The position numbers and the translations under genes are program-made. DNA of 63,126 nucleotides, the filler included, from an uncultured bacterium (lineage in GTDB: Bacteria > Latescibacterota > UBA2968), in assembly GCA_964471275.1 (NCBI GenBank). It is 9 parts of 9 records of this genome, joined end to end, with 100 filler letters (N's around TTAATTAATTAA, not from the genome) between each part and the next. Parts side by side here need not be neighbours in the genome. Positions count along the whole stretch, not along the records: positions 42,648 to 49,433 come from CAYYGZ010000242.1; positions 49,534 to 56,283 come from CAYYGZ010000243.1; 7 more parts are not named here. One strand, written 5' to 3'. Numbering within the stretch: the first letter of the stretch is position 1; every line of letters begins with the position of its first letter. A model generated the notes under the pieces. It made no database searches. It saw nothing but the letters and a program-made list of their open reading frames with translations, and was not told the DNA's origin. Positions 42,648 to 52,365 of the stretch are shown here, in pieces.

Positions 42648-45269
42648 AGCGTCTTTGATTGGGCCCAGCAGAGAGACACGATCGTTCGCGTCTGGGGGAA
42701 GGGGTTCCCTGGGGGGGTAGAGGGATTTCCGGATACGGGAGGACTGAACCCATCGATTGTGTTGGAGTGTCTGGCACGGCTTCTCAGCGCGATACCGGTT
42801 ACGGGTCTGAATCAGGATCGGATCGATGCCGAAGTCGAACTCGCCGCAGAGACAGCCGACTATGAACTTCACGCGACCGCGCGAACACCCTCATTCTGTC
42901 CTGGCTGTCCACACCGCGATTCTGCGAGTGTTCTGAATCGTGTCGTCGATGACTTCATGAATCCGGGCTACATGAAGGAGAAATACGGTAGGGACGAAGT
43001 CGATCTGGTGTTTCACGGGGATATTGGGTGCTATTCGCTCCTGAAGTACAAACCGTTCGACAGGCTGATGCACAACTTGTCAGGAATGGGGCTTGGCGGT
43101 GGAACGGGTGCGGGAATTGACCCGTTTATCCTGAACAAGCAGCTCGTGTTCATGGGAGATTCCACGTTCTTCCACAGCGGCATGGCCGCCATCTCTGACT
43201 CGATCAAGCACGGACAGGATATCACCTATGTCATCCTCGACAACAAGACGACCGCGATGACCGGGCACCAACCCACACCCGGTGTTGACATTGATATCAT
43301 GGGGCGACCCACCTTTGCCCAAGATATTGAGTCGGTGGTGCGCGGGATGGCCGGTGATGGGTCCGACACCGTCTCGATCGTCAGGATGAATCCGGCAGAG
43401 AGAGAAGCGTATCGGGCTGCCGTCGAGGAGACGCTGCTGAAAGAGGGTGTCAAGATTGTGATCGCCGACAAGGAGTGCGGAATCACCTTCAACCGCCGGC
43501 AGCGAAACGAGGAACGTGCGGTTCTTCGATCGAAAGGGTATCTGCCGGAGGAGACGCACATCAACATCACACCTGAGGTCTGCGAATACTGTCTCGAGTG
43601 TACGAGGGCAACGGGCTGTTCGGGGTTGACCGTCGAGGATACGCTGCACGGGCCGAAGGTTGCGACCGATCTCTCGCTTTGTGTGAGCGATGGGGCTTGC
43701 ACCAAGGTGACGGTGGCGAACGGCGATAAGACGTGCCCCTCGTTCGAACAGGTCACGATTCGCCGAAGCCGTGCACAGGAGGTGCGGACCGAGTTGATCC
43801 AACTGGAGGATCTGCCCCTGCCGGAAACGGAGGCGTTCGACGGGTCCTGGTATGCGTTTGTCGGTGGGGTCGGTGGGATGGGTGTGAACACGATTTCGGC
43901 GATTATTTCGACCGCAGGGGCGCGGCAGGGCTACGTGGTTCGGTTCACGAACAAGAAGGGCCTGGCCATTCGCAACGGCGCTGTGTATTCACACGTCAGC
44001 TTCTCCAAGGGGGATCGTGTTATCTCCCAGATAACACCGCACGGTCACGCCGACCTGCTTCTGGGGCTCGATATCCTGGAGGCTGTGCGAGGGATGGACC
44101 CGCACGGCACGTGCCGGGTGGCGAGTTCACAGCACACGACCGCGGTCGTCGAGACAGGGAAACGCGAGACGATTATGACCATGACGGGTATCGATGACTT
44201 CGATACCCGCGATCTCGAGGGATGGATCAAACGCTATTCGCGATCCGACCGATATTTTGGCATGGATCTCAGCGAAGTCTCCGAACGGTTCCTCGGGAAC
44301 AAGATCTATGCGAACAGTATTCTGCTAGGCGCGGCTTTCCAGAGAGGGGCGCTTCCCGTAACGCTCGACAATCTCAGGTGGGCCATGAAGGCGAACATCC
44401 GGTCATCCGAACTCGAACCCAACCTGAAGGCTTTCGAGATGGGACGAAAGGCGGCGATTGATCCCGGGGCCTTTGACCGGCCGGCCGATGCCGTGACCTA
44501 CCAGGACGTGATGGATGATAAATCGACGATCCTGAGGGCGACCCGGGGAGACGGTCATGGGGATGCATACAGGCGTCTTGTCCAGCACGTGACTGGTTGG
44601 GACATCAGTGACGGAGCGAAGGTGCAGTTTGCGCTGGGCGTGTATGACGTCCTGCAGTGGGGAGGGGAGGCCTATGCTCGGTCGTTTGTTGACTTGGTGG
44701 ATGCCGTGTACGCAAAGGACAGCCAAGACCGTGGGTTTGAGGCGACCGAGGCCCTCATACCGAATCTTGCTCGAGTGATGGCATACAAGGACGAAATCTA
44801 TGTGGCATATCTGGCGACGAGCGAGGAGAAGAGGCGTCGCGATCACGCACGCTACAACATCGATCCATCGCGAGGAGATACTATCTCCTATAGCCACATC
44901 ATGCGTCCGCATTTCGAGATCCTGGGTGCAGACATCAAATTCGATCTCTCCCCACCGGTCTGGATGCTCAAGTTGATGCGGCGTCTTGGATTCCTCCGAA
45001 AACTGCTGCCCGGGTGGCACTCCGAGGAGAAGGCCTATCGGGATTGGTTCACGGGGCTGGTGCGGGTATTCAGCGTGTCAGATAACAACCGGTATGCAGC
45101 CTACGTGCGCGTGTTCAAACTGCCGGATCAGGTAAGAGGCTATAGAGAAGTGATCTGGCCGAAGATGCGTGCTGCGAGAAAGACGGCCGCGTATCTGTTG
45201 GAGGGGAAGGGCCAGCCGGTAGCGATCGACACGTATGTGGAACCCGACCCGTTTCTCGAACAAGCATAA
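42648..45269 (+). CDS. Indolepyruvate:ferredoxin oxidoreductase family protein (fused alpha/beta, DUF6537 tail); 5'-truncated
   Basis: RTPSFCPGCPHR, GDIGC, GDSTFFHSG, TAMTGHQP, ferredoxin CEYCLEC, GVGGMG, MAYKDE. Confidence 0.92.
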   Translation, partial: SVFDWAQQRDTIVRVWGKGFPGGVEGFPDTGGLNPSIVLECLARLLSAIPVTGLNQDRIDAEVELAAETADYELHATARTPSFCPGCPHRDSASVLNRVVDDFMNPGYMKEKYGRDEVDLVFHGDIGCYSLLKYKPFDRLMHNLSGMGLGGGTGAGIDPFILNKQLVFMGDSTFFHSGMAAISDSIKHGQDITYVILDNKTTAMTGHQPTPGVDIDIMGRPTFAQDIESVVRGMAGDGSDTVSIVRMNPAEREAYRAAVEETLLKEGVKIVIADKECGITFNRRQRNEERAVLRSKGYLPEETHINITPEVCEYCLECTRATGCSGLTVEDTLHGPKVATDLSLCVSDGACTKVTVANGDKTCPSFEQVTIRRSRAQEVRTELIQLEDLPLPETEAFDGSWYAFVGGVGGMGVNTISAIISTAGARQGYVVRFTNKKGLAIRNGAVYSHVSFSKGDRVISQITPHGHADLLLGLDILEAVRGMDPHGTCRVASSQHTTAVVETGKRETIMTMTGIDDFDTRDLEGWIKRYSRSDRYFGMDLSEVSERFLGNKIYANSILLGAAFQRGALPVTLDNLRWAMKANIRSSELEPNLKAFEMGRKAAIDPGAFDRPADAVTYQDVMDDKSTILRATRGDGHGDAYRRLVQHVTGWDISDGAKVQFALGVYDVLQWGGEAYARSFVDLVDAVYAKDSQDRGFEATEALIPNLARVMAYKDEIYVAYLATSEEKRRRDHARYNIDPSRGDTISYSHIMRPHFEILGADIKFDLSPPVWMLKLMRRLGFLRKLLPGWHSEEKAYRDWFTGLVRVFSVSDNNRYAAYVRVFKLPDQVRGYREVIWPKMRAARKTAAYLLEGKGQPVAIDTYVEPDPFLEQA

Positions 45270-45338
45270 CGAACCAGAAGCTGAAGGAATTTGGCGCGCA
45301 GTGGAAGTCTCGCACCTTTAATCTGTGGAGATAAATCC

Positions 45339-46370
45339 GTGCGGGTCGGGATAGCGGGCTTAAGACGAGGACAGTCGTTTCTTCACGTTTTTGATCAACG
45401 ACCGGATTGTGAGGTCGCCGTGATCTGTGACCCGGATTCCGATACGCTTCACCGGGTCGGGGATGCGTGGGGAGTGGAGGGACGCGTCCGGGCTTATGAG
45501 GACCTGCTGAGCGTCGATTTGGACGCAATCGTGATCGCGACACCGGCCCCGATGCACGCGTCACAGTCGATCGCTGCCCTCAGAGCGGGCATCCACGTTC
45601 TGAGTGAGGTCCCGGCCGCCTGGTCGGTGGACGAATGTGAAGCCCTGGTGAAGGCGGCGGAGCAGGCAGAAGGTGTCTACATGCTTGCCGAGAACATGTG
45701 CTACTTTCACTACCTGATGGAGTGGCGGTCGCGGATCCAGGCAGGCGAGATCGGTCGGGTGACGTATGCGGAGGCCGAGTATGTACACGACTGTCGAGAT
45801 CGCATGGCTGCGGGGAACTGGCGGGCCGAGATGCCCCCCCTCTACTACTGCACGCACAGTCTGGGACCGGTGCTCGACATTATCGGCGATCGCTGTGTAC
45901 AGGCGATCGGTATGACCACAGGGAGCCAGACGAGTCCCGAGTATGGCGCCCACGACCTGGAAGTCGGGCTCTTCAGGACCGCCGGCGATGTGACGATTAA
46001 GATCCTCTGTGGATTCTCTGTCTGCCGCGCCCCCGCCTTCCACTGGCAGGTCTTCTACGGTACGGAAGGGGTGATTGAGAATGGACGCCCACCCAGCGAT
46101 TCGGCCAAGATGTATTGTGCCGGAGATGAGGAAATGAAGTTGATCGAGTCCGACGTTTCCGATCCGGGGCTGGAGGGAGCTGTCACCAGTGGGCACGGTA
46201 TGAGCGAGTCACTGCTTGTCGAGGATTTTGTGCAAGCCGCGAGGGGCGAGGGTCCGGTATCTATCGACGTCTACCAAGCTGTCGAAATGACGATTCCGGG
46301 CATTTGCGCACACGAATCCGCGCTTGATGGAAGTCGATCTGTGGAGATACCGAACTTTCGGCCTGGCTAA
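45339..46370 (+). CDS. Gfo/Idh/MocA family oxidoreductase
   Basis: VGIAGLRRG, IATPAPMH, HVLSEVPA, YMLAEN, YCTHSLGP. Confidence 0.92.
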   Translation: MRVGIAGLRRGQSFLHVFDQRPDCEVAVICDPDSDTLHRVGDAWGVEGRVRAYEDLLSVDLDAIVIATPAPMHASQSIAALRAGIHVLSEVPAAWSVDECEALVKAAEQAEGVYMLAENMCYFHYLMEWRSRIQAGEIGRVTYAEAEYVHDCRDRMAAGNWRAEMPPLYYCTHSLGPVLDIIGDRCVQAIGMTTGSQTSPEYGAHDLEVGLFRTAGDVTIKILCGFSVCRAPAFHWQVFYGTEGVIENGRPPSDSAKMYCAGDEEMKLIESDVSDPGLEGAVTSGHGMSESLLVEDFVQAARGEGPVSIDVYQAVEMTIPGICAHESALDGSRSVEIPNFRPG

Positions 46371-46775
46371 AGATTCGGGGATCCGATTCCGATAATAGTA
46401 ATAGTGATTCGGCATCACTACTGTCCTACCAGACGTCAGCTTCTGACCCATTGAGCTGGCGTTCTTTTTATGCCCTCGACAAAGCTCGCCGTCTTGCCTG
46501 CCTATTTATCCCAGTTGACACTAACACGGTGCGGGTCAGCCTGGCAGATCGCGTTTTGCTGTCCTGAATGCGACTCGACTGGCATCGTGGCTCGGTGATA
46601 CACCGAGTGCCCGCGTGATGCCCGAATACGCCGCCATTTCTGCTTGACCCTCCAATTTCATTCCCTTACTTTTCACCACCTGCCGAGGCCTGTGTGTCCC
46701 GGATTGACGTGCTCTTTCGCCGATCCGGTACGTGAGCCTCGTTTTGTTTGTGACCACGTTTCAAGGAGGAGTCTT

Positions 46776-47915
46776 TTGGCAGATTGGGAAACTCACAATC
46801 CTTCCGGTAGCAAGCGCGTTGTTTGCACCAAGCAGCTTCCCGGAACGCGGTGGCTGGACGTCCTTGCAGCAGCCGACTGCTGCGTCGAGGTCGGCACTTC
46901 GACAGATATCCTGAGCGTCGACGAGATCAAGGCGAAGATCGGCGACAAGTGTGACGGTGTGATCGGTCAGCTGACCGAGGACTGGGGAGATGAACTGTTC
47001 TCGGCCCTCAAGGCAGCCGGTGGTAAGGTCTACGCAAATTATGCGGTTGGATACAACAACGTCGATGTTGCTTCCGCTACGGGACACGGTCTCCCTGTGG
47101 GGAATACGCCTGGTGTGCTCACTGAGACGACTGCGGAAATGGCTGTATCGCTCACGTTCTCTGCCGCCCGACGGGTTGTCGAAGCTGACGAGTATATGCG
47201 AGGAGAAAAATATAAGGGCTGGCTGCCGACGTTGTTCCTGGGTGAGCTGATGACCCGCAAGACAATTGGTGTCGTGGGGGCAGGCCGGATCGGCGCCTCC
47301 TACGCAAAGATGATGGTCGAGGGATGCAAGATGGATTTTCTCTACTATGATCTCTACCAGAACGAGGCGCTCGAGGACTACCTGACGGCCTACGGGGAGT
47401 TCCTGAAGTCTCAGGGAGAAGAACCGATCAAGTGGAGAAAGTGCGACACGGTCGAGGAAGTGCTTCGCGAGTCGGATGTCGTCAGTCTGCATCCCCTGCT
47501 CGATGAGACCACGCACCATCTCATGAACACCGAGCGTCTCGGGATGATGAAGGACAACGCGGTTCTCGTGAACGCGAGCCGGGGTCCCGTGATCGACGAG
47601 GTCGCCCTGGTCGAACACTGCAAAACGCACGAAAACTTCCGCGTCGGTCTTGACGTGTTCGAAGACGAACCAGCCATGAAGCCGGGGCTCAAAGATTGTC
47701 CGAATGCCGTCATCGTTCCGCATATCGCATCGGCCACGATCTGGACGCGTGAAGGTATGGCCTCCTTGGCTGCTGGCAATGTTGCCGGGATCCTGAGTGG
47801 ATTCCCTTGCTGGCAGGACCAGAACGATATTCTGACGTTTCTCGAGGGTGAGAACCCGAAGGCCGCGCCGAGCATCGTAAATCGCGATGAGCTGGGGCTG
47901 CCGATCTTCAGCTGA
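46776..47915 (+). CDS. Hydroxypyruvate reductase / D-glycerate dehydrogenase, plant HPR1-like clade
   Basis: AGGAGG RBS before TTG 46776; IGDKCDGVIGQLTEDWG, AVGYNNVD, GNTPGVLTETTAE, GAGRIG, VPHIASA. Confidence 0.93.
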   Translation: MADWETHNPSGSKRVVCTKQLPGTRWLDVLAAADCCVEVGTSTDILSVDEIKAKIGDKCDGVIGQLTEDWGDELFSALKAAGGKVYANYAVGYNNVDVASATGHGLPVGNTPGVLTETTAEMAVSLTFSAARRVVEADEYMRGEKYKGWLPTLFLGELMTRKTIGVVGAGRIGASYAKMMVEGCKMDFLYYDLYQNEALEDYLTAYGEFLKSQGEEPIKWRKCDTVEEVLRESDVVSLHPLLDETTHHLMNTERLGMMKDNAVLVNASRGPVIDEVALVEHCKTHENFRVGLDVFEDEPAMKPGLKDCPNAVIVPHIASATIWTREGMASLAAGNVAGILSGFPCWQDQNDILTFLEGENPKAAPSIVNRDELGLPIFS

Positions 47916-47983
47916 TCAACGGCAGGACCAAACGGATGGCGAGTCGGGTATTCCCGGCTCGCCATTTCTGTTCCATCCAGGTT

Positions 47984-48973
47984 ATGACCCGATCTCTTGA
48001 CAGGCGATTTTGCGTCGCCCCCATGATGGACTACACGGATCGCCACGAGCGGTATTTTCTCAGGCTGATCTCACGCTACGCCGTGCTCTACACGGAAATG
48101 GTCACAGCCTCGGCGATCCTGCACGGAGATCTGAGACGGCTGATCGGTTTCGATCCGGCCGAGCATCCCGTGGCTCTCCAACTCGGAGGGAGTGATCCGA
48201 CTGATCTTGCTGCGGCTGCGCGTATCGGAAGCGACTTCGGCTACGACGAGATCAACCTGAATGTCGGGTGTCCGAGCGATCGCGTGCAATCCGGTCGATT
48301 TGGGGCCTGTCTCATGGCAGAGCCAGCGCTCGTATCTGAATGTGTCGCGGCGATATCGTCCTCAGTGGATGTGCCGGTAACGGTCAAAACCCGGATCGGG
48401 ATCGATGATCTGGATTCCTACGAATCACTCACCCGGTTCGTGTCTCTCGTCAGAGATGGCGGCTGCCGTACATTCATCGTGCACGCCAGGAAGGCCTGGC
48501 TGCAAGGGCTGAGCCCGAAACAGAATAGGGATGTTCCACCGTTGCGGTATGATGTCGTCCATCGTCTGAAGTCCGATTTCGCGGATCTCGAGATTCTCAT
48601 CAACGGGGGCATCCGTACGATCGACCAGGCGATGGTGCAGCTGGAGCGCGTGGATGGTGTGATGGTGGGACGGTCCGCGTACGAGAATCCGTATCTGCTG
48701 GCCGAAGTTGACCGACGGGTTTACGGAGGTTCCGGTGAGGTTCCGTCACGGCGTGAGATCGTCACGGCATTCACCCGGTATGCGGACGAGAAGCTGGGAC
48801 GGGGAGTCAGAATGCACCAGATGACGCGGCATATCATCGGGCTCTTCGCCGGCCTGCCTGGGGCGCGGAAATGGCGTCGATATCTGACCGAGGAGGCCGT
48901 CAAAGAGGGTGCAACCGGTGCAGTCATCGAGAAGGCTGCCTCGTATGTGCCCGGCCACGCCGAATCGGTGTAG
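47984..48973 (+). CDS. dusA: tRNA-dihydrouridine(20/20a) synthase
   Basis: VAPMMDYTDRH, EHPVALQLGGS, NLNVGCPSDRVQSG, HARKAWLQGLSPKQNR. Confidence 0.96.
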   Translation: MTRSLDRRFCVAPMMDYTDRHERYFLRLISRYAVLYTEMVTASAILHGDLRRLIGFDPAEHPVALQLGGSDPTDLAAAARIGSDFGYDEINLNVGCPSDRVQSGRFGACLMAEPALVSECVAAISSSVDVPVTVKTRIGIDDLDSYESLTRFVSLVRDGGCRTFIVHARKAWLQGLSPKQNRDVPPLRYDVVHRLKSDFADLEILINGGIRTIDQAMVQLERVDGVMVGRSAYENPYLLAEVDRRVYGGSGEVPSRREIVTAFTRYADEKLGRGVRMHQMTRHIIGLFAGLPGARKWRRYLTEEAVKEGATGAVIEKAASYVPGHAESV

Positions 48974-49004
48974 GCTATCTGTGTTCTTGTACGATCTGCC
49001 TGGT

Positions 49005-49349
49005 CTAGAAGAAGACCTCCGCCGTGGCATCCAGACATTGCTCAACGGTCCCTTCCTTGAAGTTCGGATGAGGACCATACTTGTTGACGTCGATCTTGTA
49101 TATCAGAAGTTTCCACTTGTTTGGGCCAACAAACTCCAGCCGGGCCACCTTCCCAACTCCCCTTACCGTCTTGTTGCCCAGGAGCTTCCCGAACAGTCCC
49201 GTCTTCTCTTCCTTCACGACATCCACAAACATGTAACTGCCCTTCCACCGGACACGTATGTCCGATATGCCTTTCCGGCGATACTTCTTCTTGTGCCGGT
49301 TCAGACGGTTGAGCGTCATCTGCTTGTCGTTCTCAGTCGGTATATTCAT
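49005..49349 (-). CDS. Small basic hypothetical protein (DUF3024-like pattern)
   Basis: VRWKGSY...VARLEF...KWKL pattern; 114 aa. Confidence 0.6.
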   Translation of the reverse strand: MNIPTENDKQMTLNRLNRHKKKYRRKGISDIRVRWKGSYMFVDVVKEEKTGLFGKLLGNKTVRGVGKVARLEFVGPNKWKLLIYKIDVNKYGPHPNFKEGTVEQCLDATAEVFF

Positions 49350-49551
49350 GGACTCGTCGATCTCCCGATCCTGTTCGTTGCTCCCTCAACCGGTCAAATA
49401 TGTAAGAATGATTCATCTTTTGCCAGTGATGTTNNNNNNNNNNNNNNNNNNNNNNNNNNNNNNNNNNNNNNNNNNNNTTAATTAATTAANNNNNNNNNNN
49501 NNNNNNNNNNNNNNNNNNNNNNNNNNNNNNNNNGACGCGTATCTGGTTCAC

Positions 49552-50328
49552 ATGATACTCGCGTTTCTGGCTTCCCTTCTCCTTTTGTCTCCTCCAGTGC
49601 AGGCAGGCAAGGCAGATCCTCTGCTGGTCTTTGCTGCGGCAAGCCTCACGGATGTACTGGGCGCCGTCGGCGCCGCCTACACCGACACCTCTGGGAACAC
49701 GATCACCTTTTCTTTCGCAGGGTCATCGACACTGGCGCGTCAGATCGACCACGGCGCTCCGGCTGATGTGTTCATTTCTGCGTCCGAGGAGTGGATGGCG
49801 TTTCTCGAGGAGCGTGGACGACTGACTCGAGAAATTCCGATGGTGTTCGCGTCCAACCAGCTTGTGGCGATATCTCCTTTTGCGTCGGATTTTACTATCG
49901 AGGTGCTGCGTGAGTTTCCCGTTTCCGATGCCTTCTCTGGCCGACTAGCGATTGCCGATCCCGAGCACGTGCCAGCGGGTCGGTATGCGAAGTCAGCGCT
50001 CGTCGCTCTCGGCTGGTGGGATGATCTGCGAACACGGTTGGCCATCGGCCACAGTGTTCGCGGCACGCTGGCCTACGTTGACCGGGGGGCGTGCGATCTA
50101 GGCATCGTCTATGGCACGGATGCAGAGATGAGCAGAAAGGTGAAGGTTGTGGCAACCTTTCCGGATACCTTGCACCCCCCAATCCGCTACGTGGCAGGTG
50201 TGGTCGAAGCTTCCGGAAAAGCGGCTGCCGCTGACTTTGTTGCCTTTCTAGCAGAACCCATCGCTCAGGATATTTTCCGCAAAGCTGGTTTTCGTCGTGT
50301 GCCAGAAGACGAAAGATCGCAACCATGA
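49552..50328 (+). CDS. modA: Molybdate ABC transporter substrate-binding protein
   Basis: VFAAASLTD, FAGSSTLARQI, GAPADVFISA, HVPAGRYA, GIVYGTDA. Confidence 0.95.
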   Translation: MILAFLASLLLLSPPVQAGKADPLLVFAAASLTDVLGAVGAAYTDTSGNTITFSFAGSSTLARQIDHGAPADVFISASEEWMAFLEERGRLTREIPMVFASNQLVAISPFASDFTIEVLREFPVSDAFSGRLAIADPEHVPAGRYAKSALVALGWWDDLRTRLAIGHSVRGTLAYVDRGACDLGIVYGTDAEMSRKVKVVATFPDTLHPPIRYVAGVVEASGKAAAADFVAFLAEPIAQDIFRKAGFRRVPEDERSQP

Positions 50329-52289
50329 GTGCTCTACCTGATCTGATTACCGACGAAGATATCGGACAGGATCGGGCAACGGCTCGGGGCATCCTTGTGG
50401 GTTGTGGGTTTGTTGCTTGGATCAATTTCTGGATCTCCTACGCTGAGTATGTGGTCCACGCTTCGCGCATGAACATCAGCCACTATCCTGTAGCTCTCTT
50501 CATCTCCTACTTCATCCTTGCCGCATCGATCCCGCTTATCCGTAAGGTCTCCCGGTCTCTCGCATTGAACACTGCGGACATGGCCATCATCCTTGCTATG
50601 GGCATGGTCGGTGCGATGGTGCCGACTTCCGGTCTGATGGGTTTCTTTCTGGGCATCATCGCAACACCTTTCTACTTCGCGACTGCCGAAAACCGCTGGA
50701 GCGAGTTTTTCCATCCGCACATCCCGGAGTGGGTCGCGCCAAGAGACTATGGTCACGCATTGACGTGGTTCTTCGATGGTCCACCTGGGGGGCCTGTCGA
50801 CATCCCGTGGTCGGTCTGGGCGACGCCGGTCTTCTGGTGGCTGATCCTGATTGGCGCCGTCGTCTATGCCTCGGCTGCGATCGCGTCGATCCTGCGCAAG
50901 CCGTGGAGCGAGCACGAACGGCTTGTCTACCCGCTGATCAGCGTGTCGCAGGATCTTATTCACGTGGGTGACTCGCAAAAGTCACGGTTCTTCTGGCACG
51001 ATCGGCTCTTCTGGGTGGGGATGGTGATTCCACTGACTCTCTTGAGCTGGAATTACCTGGTTTTTCTGGTTCCCATCCTGCCCTACGTCAATCTGGGTGG
51101 ATCCTGGCTGGCGGTTGCTCGCGGATTCCCGAGTTTCCGCACGCGGGTGAATTTCTTCACGCTAGGTTTTGCCTACCTGGCGAATCTCGAAGTGCTTTTC
51201 AGCATCTGGATCTTCTATCTGATCTCGAGCGCAGAGGTATGGAGTCTCAACAGAGTGGGGTTCAAGATCACGGGCACGGAAGATTCGTGGTGTTCGATCG
51301 ATGCGGCGTCGGGATGGCAGAGCTTTGGTGCCCTCGCTGCCATGGTCTTGTGGGGGCTGTACGTTGCGCGGGGTCATCTGAAGCAGGTGTGGCGAGGCGC
51401 AATCGACAGGAAGAGAGATCAGGGCAATGAAATTCTGACCTATCGCGGTTCGGTGATCGGGTTGGGGGTCAGCGTCGTAATCATTGCTCTTTGGATGCGC
51501 GCTGCCGGGATGAGCCCTGGGCTGTCGGCACTCATCCTGTTTGGGACGTTCATCGTGACCGTTGGTGTTGCGCGGATTGTTTCGGAATCTGGATTGATAT
51601 ACGTACGCGCGCCCATGACACCGCAGGTCTTCTCGATCTACGCAATCGGACCGGGCAACCTGTCGAGCCAGTCACTGACGATCAGCGCCTTCTCCTACAC
51701 CTTCTTCTCACAGGGGAAGGGCTTGTTTATGGGCCCCATGATGCACGCGGTGAAGCTGGCCGAGCAGGTTCGGAATCGCCGGACCCTCTTCGTGGCAGCG
51801 CTGTTTCTGTCCGTTGCTGTCGGGATGGGCGTCTGTACTGCGCTCACATTTTCCTGGGGGTATGACACGGGAGCCTACAACTTCAGCGACTATCCGTTCT
51901 CGTCCGGGAGCAAGCACGCATTCAACGTGACGATCAACAAGATGCGCGACACACGCGGCATGGATCTAAAGCGACTGAGCTTCTTCGGCATCGGCGCTCT
52001 GGTCATGTCCGCGTTGCTCTTTCTGAGGTATCGTTTTCCCTGGTGGCCTGTTCACCCAATTGGTTTCACGATTCCCCTCACATATCCCACGCGGAACTCC
52101 GTTTTCGCAATCCTGATCGCGTGGATTCTGAAGTCCGTTGTCCTGCGATTCGGCGGTGTGTCGCTGTATGACCGAACGCGGCCGATCTGTCTGGGAGTGG
52201 TGGTCGGGTATGCGCTGGGGGTGGGACTGTCGTTTCTCGGGGATTGCATCTGGTTCTTCGGAGATGGACACGGGGTGCATAGTTGGTGA
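50325..52289 (+). CDS. DUF6785/DUF6784-type polytopic membrane protein (putative OPT-like transporter), copy 1
   Basis: FATAENRW, LRKPWSEHERLVYPL, RIVSESG, RYRFPWWPVHPIGF; many TM helices. Confidence 0.8.
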   Translation: MSALPDLITDEDIGQDRATARGILVGCGFVAWINFWISYAEYVVHASRMNISHYPVALFISYFILAASIPLIRKVSRSLALNTADMAIILAMGMVGAMVPTSGLMGFFLGIIATPFYFATAENRWSEFFHPHIPEWVAPRDYGHALTWFFDGPPGGPVDIPWSVWATPVFWWLILIGAVVYASAAIASILRKPWSEHERLVYPLISVSQDLIHVGDSQKSRFFWHDRLFWVGMVIPLTLLSWNYLVFLVPILPYVNLGGSWLAVARGFPSFRTRVNFFTLGFAYLANLEVLFSIWIFYLISSAEVWSLNRVGFKITGTEDSWCSIDAASGWQSFGALAAMVLWGLYVARGHLKQVWRGAIDRKRDQGNEILTYRGSVIGLGVSVVIIALWMRAAGMSPGLSALILFGTFIVTVGVARIVSESGLIYVRAPMTPQVFSIYAIGPGNLSSQSLTISAFSYTFFSQGKGLFMGPMMHAVKLAEQVRNRRTLFVAALFLSVAVGMGVCTALTFSWGYDTGAYNFSDYPFSSGSKHAFNVTINKMRDTRGMDLKRLSFFGIGALVMSALLFLRYRFPWWPVHPIGFTIPLTYPTRNSVFAILIAWILKSVVLRFGGVSLYDRTRPICLGVVVGYALGVGLSFLGDCIWFFGDGHGVHSW

Positions 52290-52365
52290 GAGAACGATTG
52301 ACCAGTGGCAGATGACATATGACAAGAGATGAGGCAAAGGCACGAAAAATCAGAGATGCGAACTG

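Noticed and set aside
46390..46410. GATAATAGTAATAGTGATT as a Fur box
   Set aside because: Only a partial match to the 19-bp consensus, located just after a gene end and about 370 nt from the next start, with no iron-related gene nearby.
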